DNA of 64,000 nucleotides from a virus: IMG/VR virus record IMGVR_UViG_3300014205_000222; one strand, 5' to 3'. Shown piece by piece: positions 18,304 to 28,534 of this stretch (position 1 is its first letter; each line of letters starts with the position of its first letter). The notes under the pieces were generated by a model. It saw only the letters and a program-made list of their open reading frames with translations, ran no database searches and was not told where the DNA came from. The position numbers and the translations under genes were made by a program.

Positions 18304-18999
18304 TTATACCTCGCGCATAAGATTTTCAACGTAATCGAATGCATCGAGCGCGTCCGTTATGGTGCATCCACACTCCATGCTGCTACCAAACGCCAAACGC
18401 TGCGCAAATCTGTTTAAATTTCCACTCCCGCCACACCCGGGGTACACGTATATATCTTCTGGTTCGACCATTGTTACATTGCCGTTTTTTACGTTATATT
18501 GAACCGCTGGAACTGTATTGTCTTCTCCGCATTCTCCTGACCACAATTGACACTTGATATCGAGATATGGGAACGTTTTGGCAATAACTTTCCATTCTTT
18601 CAGAACATCGTCTACCGATGGATATTTACCAATGTTGTATGAATTTGTAAATATTGTTCCATCCCAATTGCACCATCCGTGAGGACCGCCAATATACGAG
18701 CTCACTATCTGGCTGTTTATTAAGTAGTCAAGACAGTATAAGATACCATATTTTTTAATAACGCGTTGATATTCTTCTTCATTTGTATAATAGTCACAAA
18801 TGCTTGAATGATATTTTTTCACATTCAATTTTTTATCGAATATGTGTTCATATAACATTTGAACAAATTCGTGGTTGTTGGAATAGAAACTAATGCCGCT
18901 CGTGCGGACAATAATTTCTTTTGCTTGTTCTTCTGTGACAGGTTTCCCAACAACAACCATCGCAGGCCATTTACCAAGTGTCATTTTTTCTACCAACAT
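18304..18999 (-). CDS. hypothetical protein (231 aa), Cys/Gly-rich C-terminus
   Basis: ORF track; upstream AGGAAA SD-like; no recognisable family. Confidence 0.5.
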   Translation of the reverse strand: MLVEKMTLGKWPAMVVVGKPVTEEQAKEIIVRTSGISFYSNNHEFVQMLYEHIFDKKLNVKKYHSSICDYYTNEEEYQRVIKKYGILYCLDYLINSQIVSSYIGGPHGWCNWDGTIFTNSYNIGKYPSVDDVLKEWKVIAKTFPYLDIKCQLWSGECGEDNTVPAVQYNVKNGNVTMVEPEDIYVYPGCGGSGNLNRFAQRLAFGSSMECGCTITDALDAFDYVENLMREV

Positions 19000-19017
19000 A
19001 TGATATATTTCCTATTG

Positions 19018-19551
19018 TTAATAAACCTTCCTATCAAATGGCTCCGTTATATGTATAATTATTAGTTTTATATTGTGTTTTTCGCACCAATCGACAAAGT
19101 TTAGAAAATCTTCATGAGATCTTCCAACGCGATCTAAACTATATACTATAATTGCATGTATACTTGATATGTTGTCATTTTCAATTATAACAACCATTTC
19201 TTGAAATTCTTCACGGTCTGTTGTTTTTTCGGTTGGTTTATCTTTAAATATTCGAACCAAATTTAATTTTTGCAGGGAACAATATTCTTTTATTGCATCT
19301 ATTTGAACATCCAATTGTTGTTCTTTTGTAGATACCCTCACATATCCAAAAACGTTTGTTGACACCCTGCGATCGTCTTCTGGTGTATCAATCGAATCGG
19401 AAATTCCCCCACCGTCAATAAATAACCACTTGTAGAACATAACTACAAGTATTCCAAGACCAACTAAAAATAATATAACGTCAATTGTGTTTGGCATATT
19501 AATACCTGCTCCACTTTGAGGTACAGCATACCCCAACCCCAATCTTCTCAT
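19018..19551 (-). CDS. serine recombinase (resolvase/invertase) catalytic domain protein, no HTH domain; likely start at Met 19497
   Basis: GYVRVSTKEQ (catalytic Ser) and SLDRVGRS motifs typical of resolvase N-terminal domain; hydrophobic N-terminal segment; only ~140 aa of catalytic domain, no DNA-binding domain. Confidence 0.6.
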   Translation of the reverse strand: MRRLGLGYAVPQSGAGINMPNTIDVILFLVGLGILVVMFYKWLFIDGGGISDSIDTPEDDRRVSTNVFGYVRVSTKEQQLDVQIDAIKEYCSLQKLNLVRIFKDKPTEKTTDREEFQEMVVIIENDNISSIHAIIVYSLDRVGRSHEDFLNFVDWCEKHNIKLIIIHITEPFDRKVY

Positions 19552-19851
19552 TTGTCGTCTGTTTGTAGAAAGGCATTGCTCTCATTAACCTCCTTCCGCG
19601 AATGCGTGGTCGGCTTCTTGGTTTTGGACACAAATACCATTCTCGAACATTTTCGCAAATATGTGCACCGATATGCTGCACACACTTGGCTACAATAAGT
19701 TCTGTAATGAAATTCATCAGACATCGCCCTGTTCGATATATCCCTTACAGTTACAATTCCAATCATCTGAATATTGGTTTGGAGAAATCCATTCGATTTC
19801 ATAACCACAATCATCTAATCCTGACCGGGAACAAGACTCACAAATCATTTT

Positions 19852-20250
19852 TCATACTCCATGGTGATTCTCTCTACACAATCTACAATTACTTTCTTGA
19901 GGTGGTGTTGGTTGTGGTTGTGGTGTATATGGAATATACCCCTCGACATCAACAATTACGTTTCTAGTAATTCCGGTGCGTATAGTGACGTTAAATGTAT
20001 TTGTCTGTGTACACCACCTTCCCACAAGACAATGCTCCATATATGTTGCCATATCCCATGATAGTGGTTGTGACAATCTACACCCATCGGTTGTTATATA
20101 GTATGGACTAAACGAATTTGGTTTCTGCCATATTGTTATCGTTCTGTTACACGTTGGTGCCGCAGTGTAATCATATACCAATACAAAAAAACATATGAAA
20201 ATAATCACAATTGCAACTGCAAAAATAATACCAAAAAATTTATTACTCAT
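19852..20250 (-). CDS. signal-anchored secreted/membrane protein (132 aa)
   Basis: ORF track; N-terminal TM IIFAVAIVIIFICFFVLV. Confidence 0.45.
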   Translation of the reverse strand: MSNKFFGIIFAVAIVIIFICFFVLVYDYTAAPTCNRTITIWQKPNSFSPYYITTDGCRLSQPLSWDMATYMEHCLVGRWCTQTNTFNVTIRTGITRNVIVDVEGYIPYTPQPQPTPPQESNCRLCRENHHGV

Positions 20251-20627
20251 TCTTGCACCTCGATTGTATTTTTCTGGCTGCTATCAATTGTATTCCGCCT
20301 CAACTCAAACCATTCTTCATAGGTGGTTACTGTACACCTCTGCGTTAAAACCACAATATCTCCCGGGGTTGCGTCTGACCACACATAATAATATTCCATG
20401 AGGTTTGTTCTTACACCACAGGTGCCCGCAATTTTAATAACTTCCCCATCATCGGTTAGAATATTATAGGATGTTCCAGACCCAAACCCACAACTAACAG
20501 TCGATTGAAACTTCTCTTTTACAGTATATTCTGTTGTGAGTTGGGTTGAGTAGTTGTTGTTTCCAACACAACCAGATAACAAAATTAAAATTGTGGTTAT
20601 TATTATAAGTATTGCAACTGGTTTCAT
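20247..20627 (-). CDS. putative lipoprotein/secreted protein (start at Met 20627; listed ORF extends to 20759)
   Basis: Internal Met gives MKPVAILIIITTILILLSGC (signal + lipobox-like Cys); avoids 95-nt overlap with next ORF. Confidence 0.4.
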   Translation of the reverse strand: MKPVAILIIITTILILLSGCVGNNNYSTQLTTEYTVKEKFQSTVSCGFGSGTSYNILTDDGEVIKIAGTCGVRTNLMEYYYVWSDATPGDIVVLTQRCTVTTYEEWFELRRNTIDSSQKNTIEVQE

Positions 20628-20664
20628 TAATCTTCCTCCGCATTGATAAGAGATTTTCGCATCA

Positions 20665-20910
20665 CTAACAATCACCTGACAGACACGGTTCGCATCGTGG
20701 CAAATGGTTTTTGCACGAGATAATACATACACTGGTGTTAGGATAATCCTTGTTGTCACACCTTCTGCAAAAATTCATAAGATGTTCGTCATTAAGTATT
20801 TCAGGGCATTTTTTATTGATTTCTTCTAAATCTGCAAGTTGCATAATCCCCTCACAAATACGTAACTTCGCCACACTGGTGGCAATAAAATCTACGGTTC
20901 CAACCTTCAA
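20665..20910 (-). CDS. Cys-rich small protein (81 aa)
   Basis: ORF track; CPEILNDEHLMNFCRRCDN…CEPCLSGDC. Confidence 0.35.
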   Translation of the reverse strand: MKVGTVDFIATSVAKLRICEGIMQLADLEEINKKCPEILNDEHLMNFCRRCDNKDYPNTSVCIISCKNHLPRCEPCLSGDC

Positions 20911-21018
20911 AACCGCATATTTTTATATCACTCGACCCGCAATATCGGCAAATATCGTGATTTAAAACCACTATCCGAAAAACATATAAAAAATTGCGTA
21001 TCTTATTTATCACAACTA

Positions 21019-21768
21019 TCAACTCATAGTTGTTCTCAAATAATAATATAATGTATCCGCCATACGGATTTTTGCTTCAGTTAAACCATCTGGTAGAACA
21101 TTACACGATTCGTGGTCTTTCACACGGTCAAACAATAGTGTGATGGATTTTGTTACATCAAGTTTGTTTACTGTTTTTACCCCGTCGTTTTTCTCTCCAA
21201 CAAGACCTTCGATGAAGTTATAACCATAAACCTCATTTAATTTGAATATATTGCTCTCAAGGTTGCCAGTAGACAGAACATAATCACATGCCATAAGAGC
21301 ACGCAAAACATACAAAAACTTTTTTGCTGGAACACAATCTATTTCGTTTGGATAAAATGGAGCAATATATTTCATGTAATTGTGTTTTGCTAAACCAACA
21401 TAGCTGTTTGATATTTTTTTAGTCAGAAGATGTTCTGCCAATTCTTTAAACAAGGCATGTTCTGCAGAAGATGTAAGAACATCTGGTGCATGTATATGTT
21501 CATACACATTACAGTTGTTTGCCAACATCAATTTGATTTCTTTTTCCAGCTCAAACAAAACAATATCATATTTTTGACAATCAACTTCGTGTGTTTTTTC
21601 AATTACATCTGTGAGTTTGTTGATTTTCAGATAACGATTTAGTGGCCTTATGAAACATCCACGAATATCAATATCTGAATTGTCACCTGCAAAACCATAT
21701 AAATGTGACCCACAAACAGATGCGTACATTACGCGCGCATTTTTAAGTTCGATGTTGGTTGCACTCAT
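21019..21768 (-). CDS. minimal nucleotidyltransferase (Pol-beta superfamily, PF10127-like)
   Basis: GSHLYGFAGDNSDIDIRG = G[SG]x9-13Dx[DE] NTase signature; listed ORF start 21837, internal Met 21768 avoids overlap. Confidence 0.55.
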   Translation of the reverse strand: MSATNIELKNARVMYASVCGSHLYGFAGDNSDIDIRGCFIRPLNRYLKINKLTDVIEKTHEVDCQKYDIVLFELEKEIKLMLANNCNVYEHIHAPDVLTSSAEHALFKELAEHLLTKKISNSYVGLAKHNYMKYIAPFYPNEIDCVPAKKFLYVLRALMACDYVLSTGNLESNIFKLNEVYGYNFIEGLVGEKNDGVKTVNKLDVTKSITLLFDRVKDHESCNVLPDGLTEAKIRMADTLYYYLRTTMS

Positions 21769-21782
21769 AAAAATCAAAAAAA

Positions 21783-22178
21783 TTATCCTTTTCTTCTCAC
21801 AATTGTCTTTACATTTAGTGTTTCGTTGTGTGACCACAATGCATACTTTTTCTTTTTATACTGAAGTTTTTTAAGCAGTGCGATCATGTCCTTGCCATCG
21901 ACAACCCGTTCCGTCATTTCATCTACAAAAACATCGCTTTTTTCACGGTTTTCACATTCTGCATGTTCATTGTCACACGAATCACATGTGCAACCATCAT
22001 TTGTTGTAAACAGCCTGTCCCAAACTGTCGTCTTTGTTTTACAGTTTTCACATGGGTGGATATTTCTTGGCTGTTTCCGTGCATATTTTCGTCTACACTT
22101 GTCACAGAGTTTGTGTTTCTTGAATACAACCCGTTCAATTCCACTAACTTCAATTCCTTCAAATTGCATTTTTTTCAC
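21783..22178 (-). CDS. multi-CxxC zinc-finger protein (131 aa)
   Basis: ORF track; CDKCRRK…CENCKTK…CTCDSCDNEHAEC. Confidence 0.45.
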   Translation of the reverse strand: MKKMQFEGIEVSGIERVVFKKHKLCDKCRRKYARKQPRNIHPCENCKTKTTVWDRLFTTNDGCTCDSCDNEHAECENREKSDVFVDEMTERVVDGKDMIALLKKLQYKKKKYALWSHNETLNVKTIVRRKG

Positions 22179-22199
22179 CTATTACTTCCTTATCTATAT

Positions 22200-22877
22200 T
22201 TACTTGTAATCTAATATGCTTTTCTGTGGTACATTATACTCACATGTTCTGGTATACTCATCCGAACCATCTTCGATTTCGAGAACGGGAGTTATACCAG
22301 ACTCTACGAGACCATTGATGTATTCTGCATCGTCTGCTTGCTTTTCATTTATAATTTTGTGAAATGCGGTGATAGTTGATGCAAAAAACACACCCGCGCG
22401 GTTTTCAATTTTTCTCATATTTTCATCGACACGAGGAAACGCCTCGTTATGGACAAAATATAATCTATCCCCGATACCAAGATTAACCGGTAGTGCCGGG
22501 ATTCGTTTGCTTACACCATGACAACCAGCCTCGATTACAAAATGTTCAGGAGTATAATACTCTTTACCAACCCACATCAAACCCGCTTTTTTTGGCGGGA
22601 AACACACAAAACACTTGTATTTGTGGCATGGGTGGGTAACATCCGTACAATCTCCCCATAGTTTGTGCGGGTCTATAATTCGGATAGAACGTATCTGACG
22701 AAGTTTCTCACCACAGCAGGGGCATTCTTCAGGCAATGCCATTGGAAATCTATAACATTCTGATTGCTTGCCTTCGCAGAAAATGTATAACCCGCCGACT
22801 TTCCTTACACCGCACCCCCGGGTGACTTGGGGCATAACTTTGATGTTTAAATTTCTAATCATATCTCCTTCAAACAA
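22200..22877 (-). CDS. hypothetical Cys/His-rich protein (225 aa)
   Basis: ORF track; no recognised family. Confidence 0.5.
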   Translation of the reverse strand: MFEGDMIRNLNIKVMPQVTRGCGVRKVGGLYIFCEGKQSECYRFPMALPEECPCCGEKLRQIRSIRIIDPHKLWGDCTDVTHPCHKYKCFVCFPPKKAGLMWVGKEYYTPEHFVIEAGCHGVSKRIPALPVNLGIGDRLYFVHNEAFPRVDENMRKIENRAGVFFASTITAFHKIINEKQADDAEYINGLVESGITPVLEIEDGSDEYTRTCEYNVPQKSILDYK

Positions 22878-22889
22878 ATAGATTGTATT

Positions 22890-23138
22890 TTATTGTATAT
22901 ATTCCTTTTGTTTTAAATACCTCCGGATTGCCAAAAATATCAACACCCATGCAACGCCAAGATATACTACAACAGACATACCCAATGCAATTAAAACCTT
23001 TGTGATTGTAGTGTGTGGTATAAAATCTGTCATAAAAAATATGACACACATAAAAACAACAATTGGTACAACAAAAATTGAAAGTTTTAACTTCAAATTT
23101 CTATGGAAACACTTTTTAAATATTTCATACATTTTCAT
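22890..23138 (-). CDS. small membrane protein (listed ORF to 23330 probably over-extended)
   Basis: Internal Met MKMYEIFKK… followed by TM helices; avoids overlap with 23207..23419. Confidence 0.35.
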   Translation of the reverse strand: MKMYEIFKKCFHRNLKLKLSIFVVPIVVFMCVIFFMTDFIPHTTITKVLIALGMSVVVYLGVAWVLIFLAIRRYLKQKEYIQ

Positions 23139-23206
23139 TGATACAAACTTCCTGAATTTTTTGAACTTATGCGATACAAATTTCTTGCATTTCCACCGTT
23201 TGTCTA

Positions 23207-23419
23207 TCACGGTAACCCGAATCTCATGAAAACAAAAATATCCTCCGAACCCGGGAATGTGCACGGTGTTAAATTCACAATTGCCACGGATGCAATAGCA
23301 AATACAATGCAAACAACTCCAACAAACCACAGACCATTATCACACGCAAACAGTCCTGATATAACATAACTTACTATCCCAACCGCAAGAAACACAAGAA
23401 ATAATAATGGGACAATCAT
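23207..23419 (-). CDS. small 2-TM membrane protein (70 aa)
   Basis: ORF track. Confidence 0.3.
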   Translation of the reverse strand: MIVPLLFLVFLAVGIVSYVISGLFACDNGLWFVGVVCIVFAIASVAIVNLTPCTFPGSEDIFVFMRFGLP

Positions 23420-23546
23420 TTATCATACCATGAAAAACATTCAATACAGTATTGATTGTATCACCATATATATTTTACCACCAAATCCAATTCTGAAATA
23501 AAATAGATAAAAATAAATACTTCACGAACATATACTGCTATGTAAA

Positions 23547-23825
23547 ATGTCTGAAAAAAAAGTTCCTGATATATTGACGTTTATTTTTGTTGGGTTTCTC
23601 GGGTTTTACTTTACAGGTTCAATGATACATCATTACAACTTTTCCGCAAGCGGTCTGCCATATGGAATTATTTTTCTTTTGGTGTGGGGGGCATGCATGT
23701 TTACAATGATTGTAACATTCAAACATGCATTTTTTGTAGAAAAACAAGATACAATGTATTCGACAATGAAAAAAGATTTTTTGGCATTAATATCAAAAAT
23801 TAAAAAAACACGAGTAAAAAACTAA
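23547..23825 (+). CDS. small 3-TM membrane protein (92 aa)
   Basis: ORF track; only + gene in this stretch. Confidence 0.4.
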   Translation: MSEKKVPDILTFIFVGFLGFYFTGSMIHHYNFSASGLPYGIIFLLVWGACMFTMIVTFKHAFFVEKQDTMYSTMKKDFLALISKIKKTRVKN

Positions 23826-24520
23826 AATTTATTGTAATTGGCATCCGCATAATCTTCACATGGTGTGCAGTTTAAAATCAGCGGGCACTTTTTTGTTACC
23901 GAACCCGATGGATAATACGTCTCATAAAATTCTGGTGTAAAATATACCGGAACGCCATCATATAAATTATATCGTGTCATATTTCCAACATGTAACGTTG
24001 CGTTTCTAGCCGCGCCATATTTCAACTCGTCAAATGATACCACTCTCCCATCTTGTTCCCAGTATGCAGAGAATGTCGGGTCATAATAATGCCACGTATC
24101 GTTATAATATACTTCAATAGCAACATGACCATAATCTCCACATATAGATATTAGATGCGATGGGATGTTTTGTGTCGTAAGCATTGCAACAGATAAAATA
24201 GAAAAATCCCCACACAAACCGCGTTTATATTTTAATATGTTATCGGGGTTTGCATAAAAATCAGTTTTATTCACAAGAATGTTTCTATCAATCCATGTCA
24301 TATATTTAATTATTTTATCGTGTGGAGAATCCGAAGATTTAACAATCATATCTGATAAAACTTTCGTTTCTCTTGTAATTACAATATTCGAATAGTTTAA
24401 TGGGTTTTCGGGATCGTCTCCTTCCATATAGGGAAAATCCGGGAAGATAAGAATATAAAAGAGACAACTTATTCCTATAACCAGCCCAACCCAAAACAAT
24501 ACATCATAAATCTTTGTCAT
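23822..24520 (-). CDS. transglutaminase-like cysteine protease domain protein, membrane-anchored
   Basis: Cys-His-Asp triad spacing: GLCGDFSILSVAML … GHVAIEVYY … WHYYDPT; N-terminal TM. Confidence 0.6.
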   Translation of the reverse strand: MTKIYDVLFWVGLVIGISCLFYILIFPDFPYMEGDDPENPLNYSNIVITRETKVLSDMIVKSSDSPHDKIIKYMTWIDRNILVNKTDFYANPDNILKYKRGLCGDFSILSVAMLTTQNIPSHLISICGDYGHVAIEVYYNDTWHYYDPTFSAYWEQDGRVVSFDELKYGAARNATLHVGNMTRYNLYDGVPVYFTPEFYETYYPSGSVTKKCPLILNCTPCEDYADANYNKF

Positions 24521-24536
24521 AATAACAACCCAATTT

Positions 24537-25646
24537 TTAACACCATGTATATCTTCTATTCATCATCATATTCCACCCATAAGCAAATCCCAACCCAATG
24601 ACAGATGACAACAAATAATAAACACCAAACACCGTAGTTAATGTGTATAGAACTGTGAGCTTTATAACAATCCCGCCAAACGATATTTTGTGGAATAAAA
24701 CTATGCGATTTTTTAACCCGTTTGCCATTTTTCCTCGGAAACTCCACCTATCATTTATTACAAAATTTGTCAATAATGATAGTTCTGTACCAATAACACC
24801 CGATACAAAATAATATATATGAAAAATATCGGTTAATAGAAATATCAAAACCAAATCTACAAATATTCCAAAAACGCCGACAATTGTAAATCGTGTTATA
24901 TTTTTTATTTCTTCCCACGCGCGGTTAGTTCTATATAAAATACCTCCTAGCACAATACTAACCAACTGCAAAAAATATTCTGTGATACGGTCAAATGTTA
25001 CTACAGACGGCATTTTGTTACATGTGTAATTATAAGGCAAGTTCATCGATTTTTTCCAACTGCCTTTATCAACTATTTCTAACAATGCTTTTTGCCCGCG
25101 CACATAATCTGGTATGTCTTTACAGACATCTTTCCTGACAGCAAAAAACCCACCAAAATCTGATATATATGGAAAAATAAGGTGTTCTATAGTATTTGCA
25201 CAAACAGACAGAACTTTTCGGTCAAACGAACACCCATTAATGGTCGCTCCGGGAGCAAATCTACTCCCCGCTACAATATCATAATTATCATATTTAATGT
25301 GGTTATACATATCTAAAATTTTAGTATAATCCTGCGCGAGATCTGCATCAATTACAACAACAATATCCGCGTTAGCGTTTTTAATTCCAAAAAGAACAGA
25401 ACGCACCAAATCCCGTTCCCCGTCACGTAAAAACATCCTAACATTTTCTCGGTAATTTGTTACAAGTTTTACCTCATCTACCGTATTATCCGTTGAATTA
25501 TCATCGATAACCAGTATTTCTGCATTTATATCACTATCAAATAAAAAATTCTCTAGTTTCAATATATTACAACGTACTGTTTTTCCCTCATTATATGTTG
25601 GTATAACAACCGTCAAATCGTAAATATCAATCCCACCTATTGACAA
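24537..25646 (-). CDS. GT2 glycosyltransferase (dolichyl/polyprenyl-phosphate sugar synthase-like) fused to GtrA-like membrane domain
   Basis: VVIPTYNEG, VIDDNSTDNT, VVVIDADL (DXD) GT-A motifs; C-terminal 4 TM GtrA-like. Confidence 0.75.
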   Translation of the reverse strand: MSIGGIDIYDLTVVIPTYNEGKTVRCNILKLENFLFDSDINAEILVIDDNSTDNTVDEVKLVTNYRENVRMFLRDGERDLVRSVLFGIKNANADIVVVIDADLAQDYTKILDMYNHIKYDNYDIVAGSRFAPGATINGCSFDRKVLSVCANTIEHLIFPYISDFGGFFAVRKDVCKDIPDYVRGQKALLEIVDKGSWKKSMNLPYNYTCNKMPSVVTFDRITEYFLQLVSIVLGGILYRTNRAWEEIKNITRFTIVGVFGIFVDLVLIFLLTDIFHIYYFVSGVIGTELSLLTNFVINDRWSFRGKMANGLKNRIVLFHKISFGGIVIKLTVLYTLTTVFGVYYLLSSVIGLGFAYGWNMMMNRRYTWC

Positions 25647-27084
25647 ATGTCATAATACCAACGCGTTCTGATACAAACGTCGTATTCGAATTCAACCACG
25701 ACAATATCTTTTCTTGCGGGTCTACAGCATATATATCACGTGTAACCACGTAATAAGTTGACCCGCTGGATTTCTCTATAACCTCTGTAAGATTGTTATA
25801 TACCCCAACCACATTTGTGCCATGGTCTTCCAGGTTATAATAGAAATCAAACACGTTACGGTTATAATTAGGAATTATAATAATTGTATCCCCCGGGACT
25901 GCAAGACCAGATATGTATTCCGAATACCCGCGCCAATCCTCATGTGTGTATGTAGAATAATATGATGTCAATCCCCCAACCGAAACAATACAAATGAATA
26001 AAATCATAATTACGGTGATATACTTATAACTCTTATATAGTTGCGCAAGAGCAACACCAATCGATGGAATTATAACCACCAACAATGGAATAAGATACCT
26101 CGGCATCATTGGCAATTTATACGACATTATTACACTGAAAATTATACCAAAAACACATACGAATATAAAAAACAAAGATTCTCTCTTATTTTTCGAAAAT
26201 ACCACATAAATGCCAAGCACGGTTAGAGCAATAATCAACCCTAAAAATATAACGTTGCCATTCGATATGTTTGCTGCATACCCTTGCAAAAGACTTACCC
26301 CGCGCATTCCCCAGTATATAGGTTCCGATGTCCTTGTTGCATATATATCCCTCAACACAACCAGTATTGGATAGGAAAATGCAACAAATATACCAACACT
26401 TATCAAAAAGTTTTTAAAATCCTTGAAGAAATTGATATCCCAATCAAAACTCTTAATTTTTGTAAAAAATGTGATATAAAAGATAGAAACTATCACCGGG
26501 ACAATAATAATAACAGACCAAAAATGAACCCAAAATGCCAAAACCGCAAGAGCGCCTACACAAACAAACCATTTATAATTGTTTGTGCGGTATGCCTTAA
26601 TAAACGCATATATCAACAATGCCGACAAAAAAAGCAACAGTGTGTATGACCGAGCCTCTTGTGAATACATTATATGAAAGTGGGAAATCGTTAGAATCAT
26701 TGCAGATAATATTCCAGCTAGTTCGGAATGCAACAATTTTCCAATATAATAAAACACAGGTATTGTCAAAACACCAAACACAACCGGCAAGAACCTGAGC
26801 GAAATTTCACTGATATTAATCATCAATATAATATGTGTTAACCAATAAAACACAGGGGGGTGGACTTCTCCACCGGCAGTTATATTCCAAATGTCTCTAA
26901 AACTGTTAGATGGGTGGGAATACATGTATGTTGCACCCTCATCCAACCACAAGGAATTAAAATCCAAATGATATAGTCGCAATAAAAGCGCAACAATCAT
27001 AAACAAAATAACAATCCAAATTGGGTTTAAAGATTTAAAAAACGTCCCGATAGACGCACGCTTTTCAACCGGTTTTAACGACAT
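25627..27084 (-). CDS. GT-C fold glycosyltransferase (ArnT/PMT family-like), ~12 TM
   Basis: Polytopic membrane protein with N-terminal …SLWLDEG… (DE motif of GT39/GT83-type transferases). Confidence 0.55.
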   Translation of the reverse strand: MSLKPVEKRASIGTFFKSLNPIWIVILFMIVALLLRLYHLDFNSLWLDEGATYMYSHPSNSFRDIWNITAGGEVHPPVFYWLTHIILMINISEISLRFLPVVFGVLTIPVFYYIGKLLHSELAGILSAMILTISHFHIMYSQEARSYTLLLFLSALLIYAFIKAYRTNNYKWFVCVGALAVLAFWVHFWSVIIIVPVIVSIFYITFFTKIKSFDWDINFFKDFKNFLISVGIFVAFSYPILVVLRDIYATRTSEPIYWGMRGVSLLQGYAANISNGNVIFLGLIIALTVLGIYVVFSKNKRESLFFIFVCVFGIIFSVIMSYKLPMMPRYLIPLLVVIIPSIGVALAQLYKSYKYITVIMILFICIVSVGGLTSYYSTYTHEDWRGYSEYISGLAVPGDTIIIIPNYNRNVFDFYYNLEDHGTNVVGVYNNLTEVIEKSSGSTYYVVTRDIYAVDPQEKILSWLNSNTTFVSERVGIMTFVNRWD

Positions 27085-27097
27085 TTTCCACTTTTTT

Positions 27098-27322
27098 TCA
27101 CATATACCCCTCTTCCTGCATCAACCCAAATGCCTCATATGCAATATACGCAAAAAAACCACACCACAATGTTATAACAATTGCTAAAAATACACTTCCC
27201 TTAACCCAGTAAATAATACCTCCAATTACCATCCCTGCGATAAGAGAAAAAAACACCGGGATAAACATATATGCTATCCTGCGTTTTAAATTATAAAAAA
27301 GATTTGTTAATATTTTTCCCAT
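27098..27322 (-). CDS. small 2-TM membrane protein (74 aa)
   Basis: ORF track. Confidence 0.4.
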   Translation of the reverse strand: MGKILTNLFYNLKRRIAYMFIPVFFSLIAGMVIGGIIYWVKGSVFLAIVITLWCGFFAYIAYEAFGLMQEEGYM

Positions 27323-28029
27323 GGTATCTCCGGGTATTTCTGATTCTTCTCTTTTGTTATCCGATTATAATTTTCAACAATGCTATCTTTACAAAAAACC
27401 GGAATGTTGGCATCATTTGCATATTTATATAACCGGTCAATATATTCGTATGGTATAACTACAACAGGATTGGTCTGAATCCCAATTATAACCCAATTCA
27501 GACTGGAAAATCCAGACTGCTTCGGTATAACCAAATTTTCAAGAAGTGGTTCAAATGAACAGAACAAATACCCCTCATGACACCCACACGATTTCAAAGA
27601 CATCAATTTATCGATGCGCCACAAATCGACATTGCTTGTTACCGAAACACCCAACCATAAATTTTTAGGGTAATCGATATCTACCGGTATGTTTTGCGGC
27701 TGTTTAGTCAATATCTGAAACGCCATATCACGATTTGAACCAATAACATCTATAACCTGCTGTTGCCATTCGCGATTCACATGTTTATCAAAAAAATCAC
27801 CCATACTCGATGTGAAAACCATCTCGTGGCGTTTCCCAATCTTTCTTTTTTTCCACAGAAATGGTTCATGTAACCGTTCTGGATGAAACGTTGGCACAGA
27901 AAAACCATTTGGGTATCTTTTACTAAATCTCACGGCAATTTTGCGCGCGTAACAATATTTGCAACCATAAGAACATCCATCAATTGGATTCCAACACGCA
28001 TCTGTCCATTCTATTTTGGTTCTCTGCAA
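27307..28029 (-). CDS. DUF5131 / phage Gp37-Gp68 family protein
   Basis: N-terminus MQRTKIEWTDACWNPIDGCSYGCKYCYA matches the KIEWTD…WNP…GC…GC..CYA signature of PF07505. Confidence 0.55.
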   Translation of the reverse strand: MQRTKIEWTDACWNPIDGCSYGCKYCYARKIAVRFSKRYPNGFSVPTFHPERLHEPFLWKKRKIGKRHEMVFTSSMGDFFDKHVNREWQQQVIDVIGSNRDMAFQILTKQPQNIPVDIDYPKNLWLGVSVTSNVDLWRIDKLMSLKSCGCHEGYLFCSFEPLLENLVIPKQSGFSSLNWVIIGIQTNPVVVIPYEYIDRLYKYANDANIPVFCKDSIVENYNRITKEKNQKYPEIPWEKY

Positions 28030-28035
28030 ACCGAA

Positions 28036-28281
28036 TCACCCATTAGGACTATACACATCCCCACAATCCGCAGAAAACATTTCGGAAAGTTCTTGGTTCC
28101 ATAAATTAAACTCGTCTATCGACGAAAAACACCGTGTGGTTTCTATTAGATGCGGGGGTATGATTGTAATAACATATAACCCATCGTGCATGAAAATCCG
28201 GTATACCGTTCCATCCAAAACATTTTCATATAAAAATGAACGAACAGAACCAAGTCTATTATAATTTGTTTTATGTTTCAT
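28036..28281 (-). CDS. hypothetical protein (81 aa)
   Basis: ORF track. Confidence 0.35.
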   Translation of the reverse strand: MKHKTNYNRLGSVRSFLYENVLDGTVYRIFMHDGLYVITIIPPHLIETTRCFSSIDEFNLWNQELSEMFSADCGDVYSPNG

Positions 28282-28534
28282 ATAGTTTATGGCTCCATAT
28301 AATAATTGACACGCATGTAAATAAACATTTTGGGTTAGACAACATTCGAAAATTTATTTTATGTTGACCGAATACCCATTCCGGCGGGACAACTCAATAA
28401 TTTGTATAATAAATTTCATATGCGATTTGTCTTGTGCAGACGTGTCTACAAACTCACGTCTTTTAGAATGTGAAATATGTTTTGAGAATTCGACTGTTAT
28501 TTTCATATTTTTGCTCCAAGATATACCAAAATCA

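Noticed and set aside
19548-19814. ORF 19548..19814 (-, 88 aa) upstream of the serine recombinase
   Set aside because: Overlaps the recombinase start and has no SD or Cys motifs. It may instead be 5'UTR or promoter. Left unannotated.
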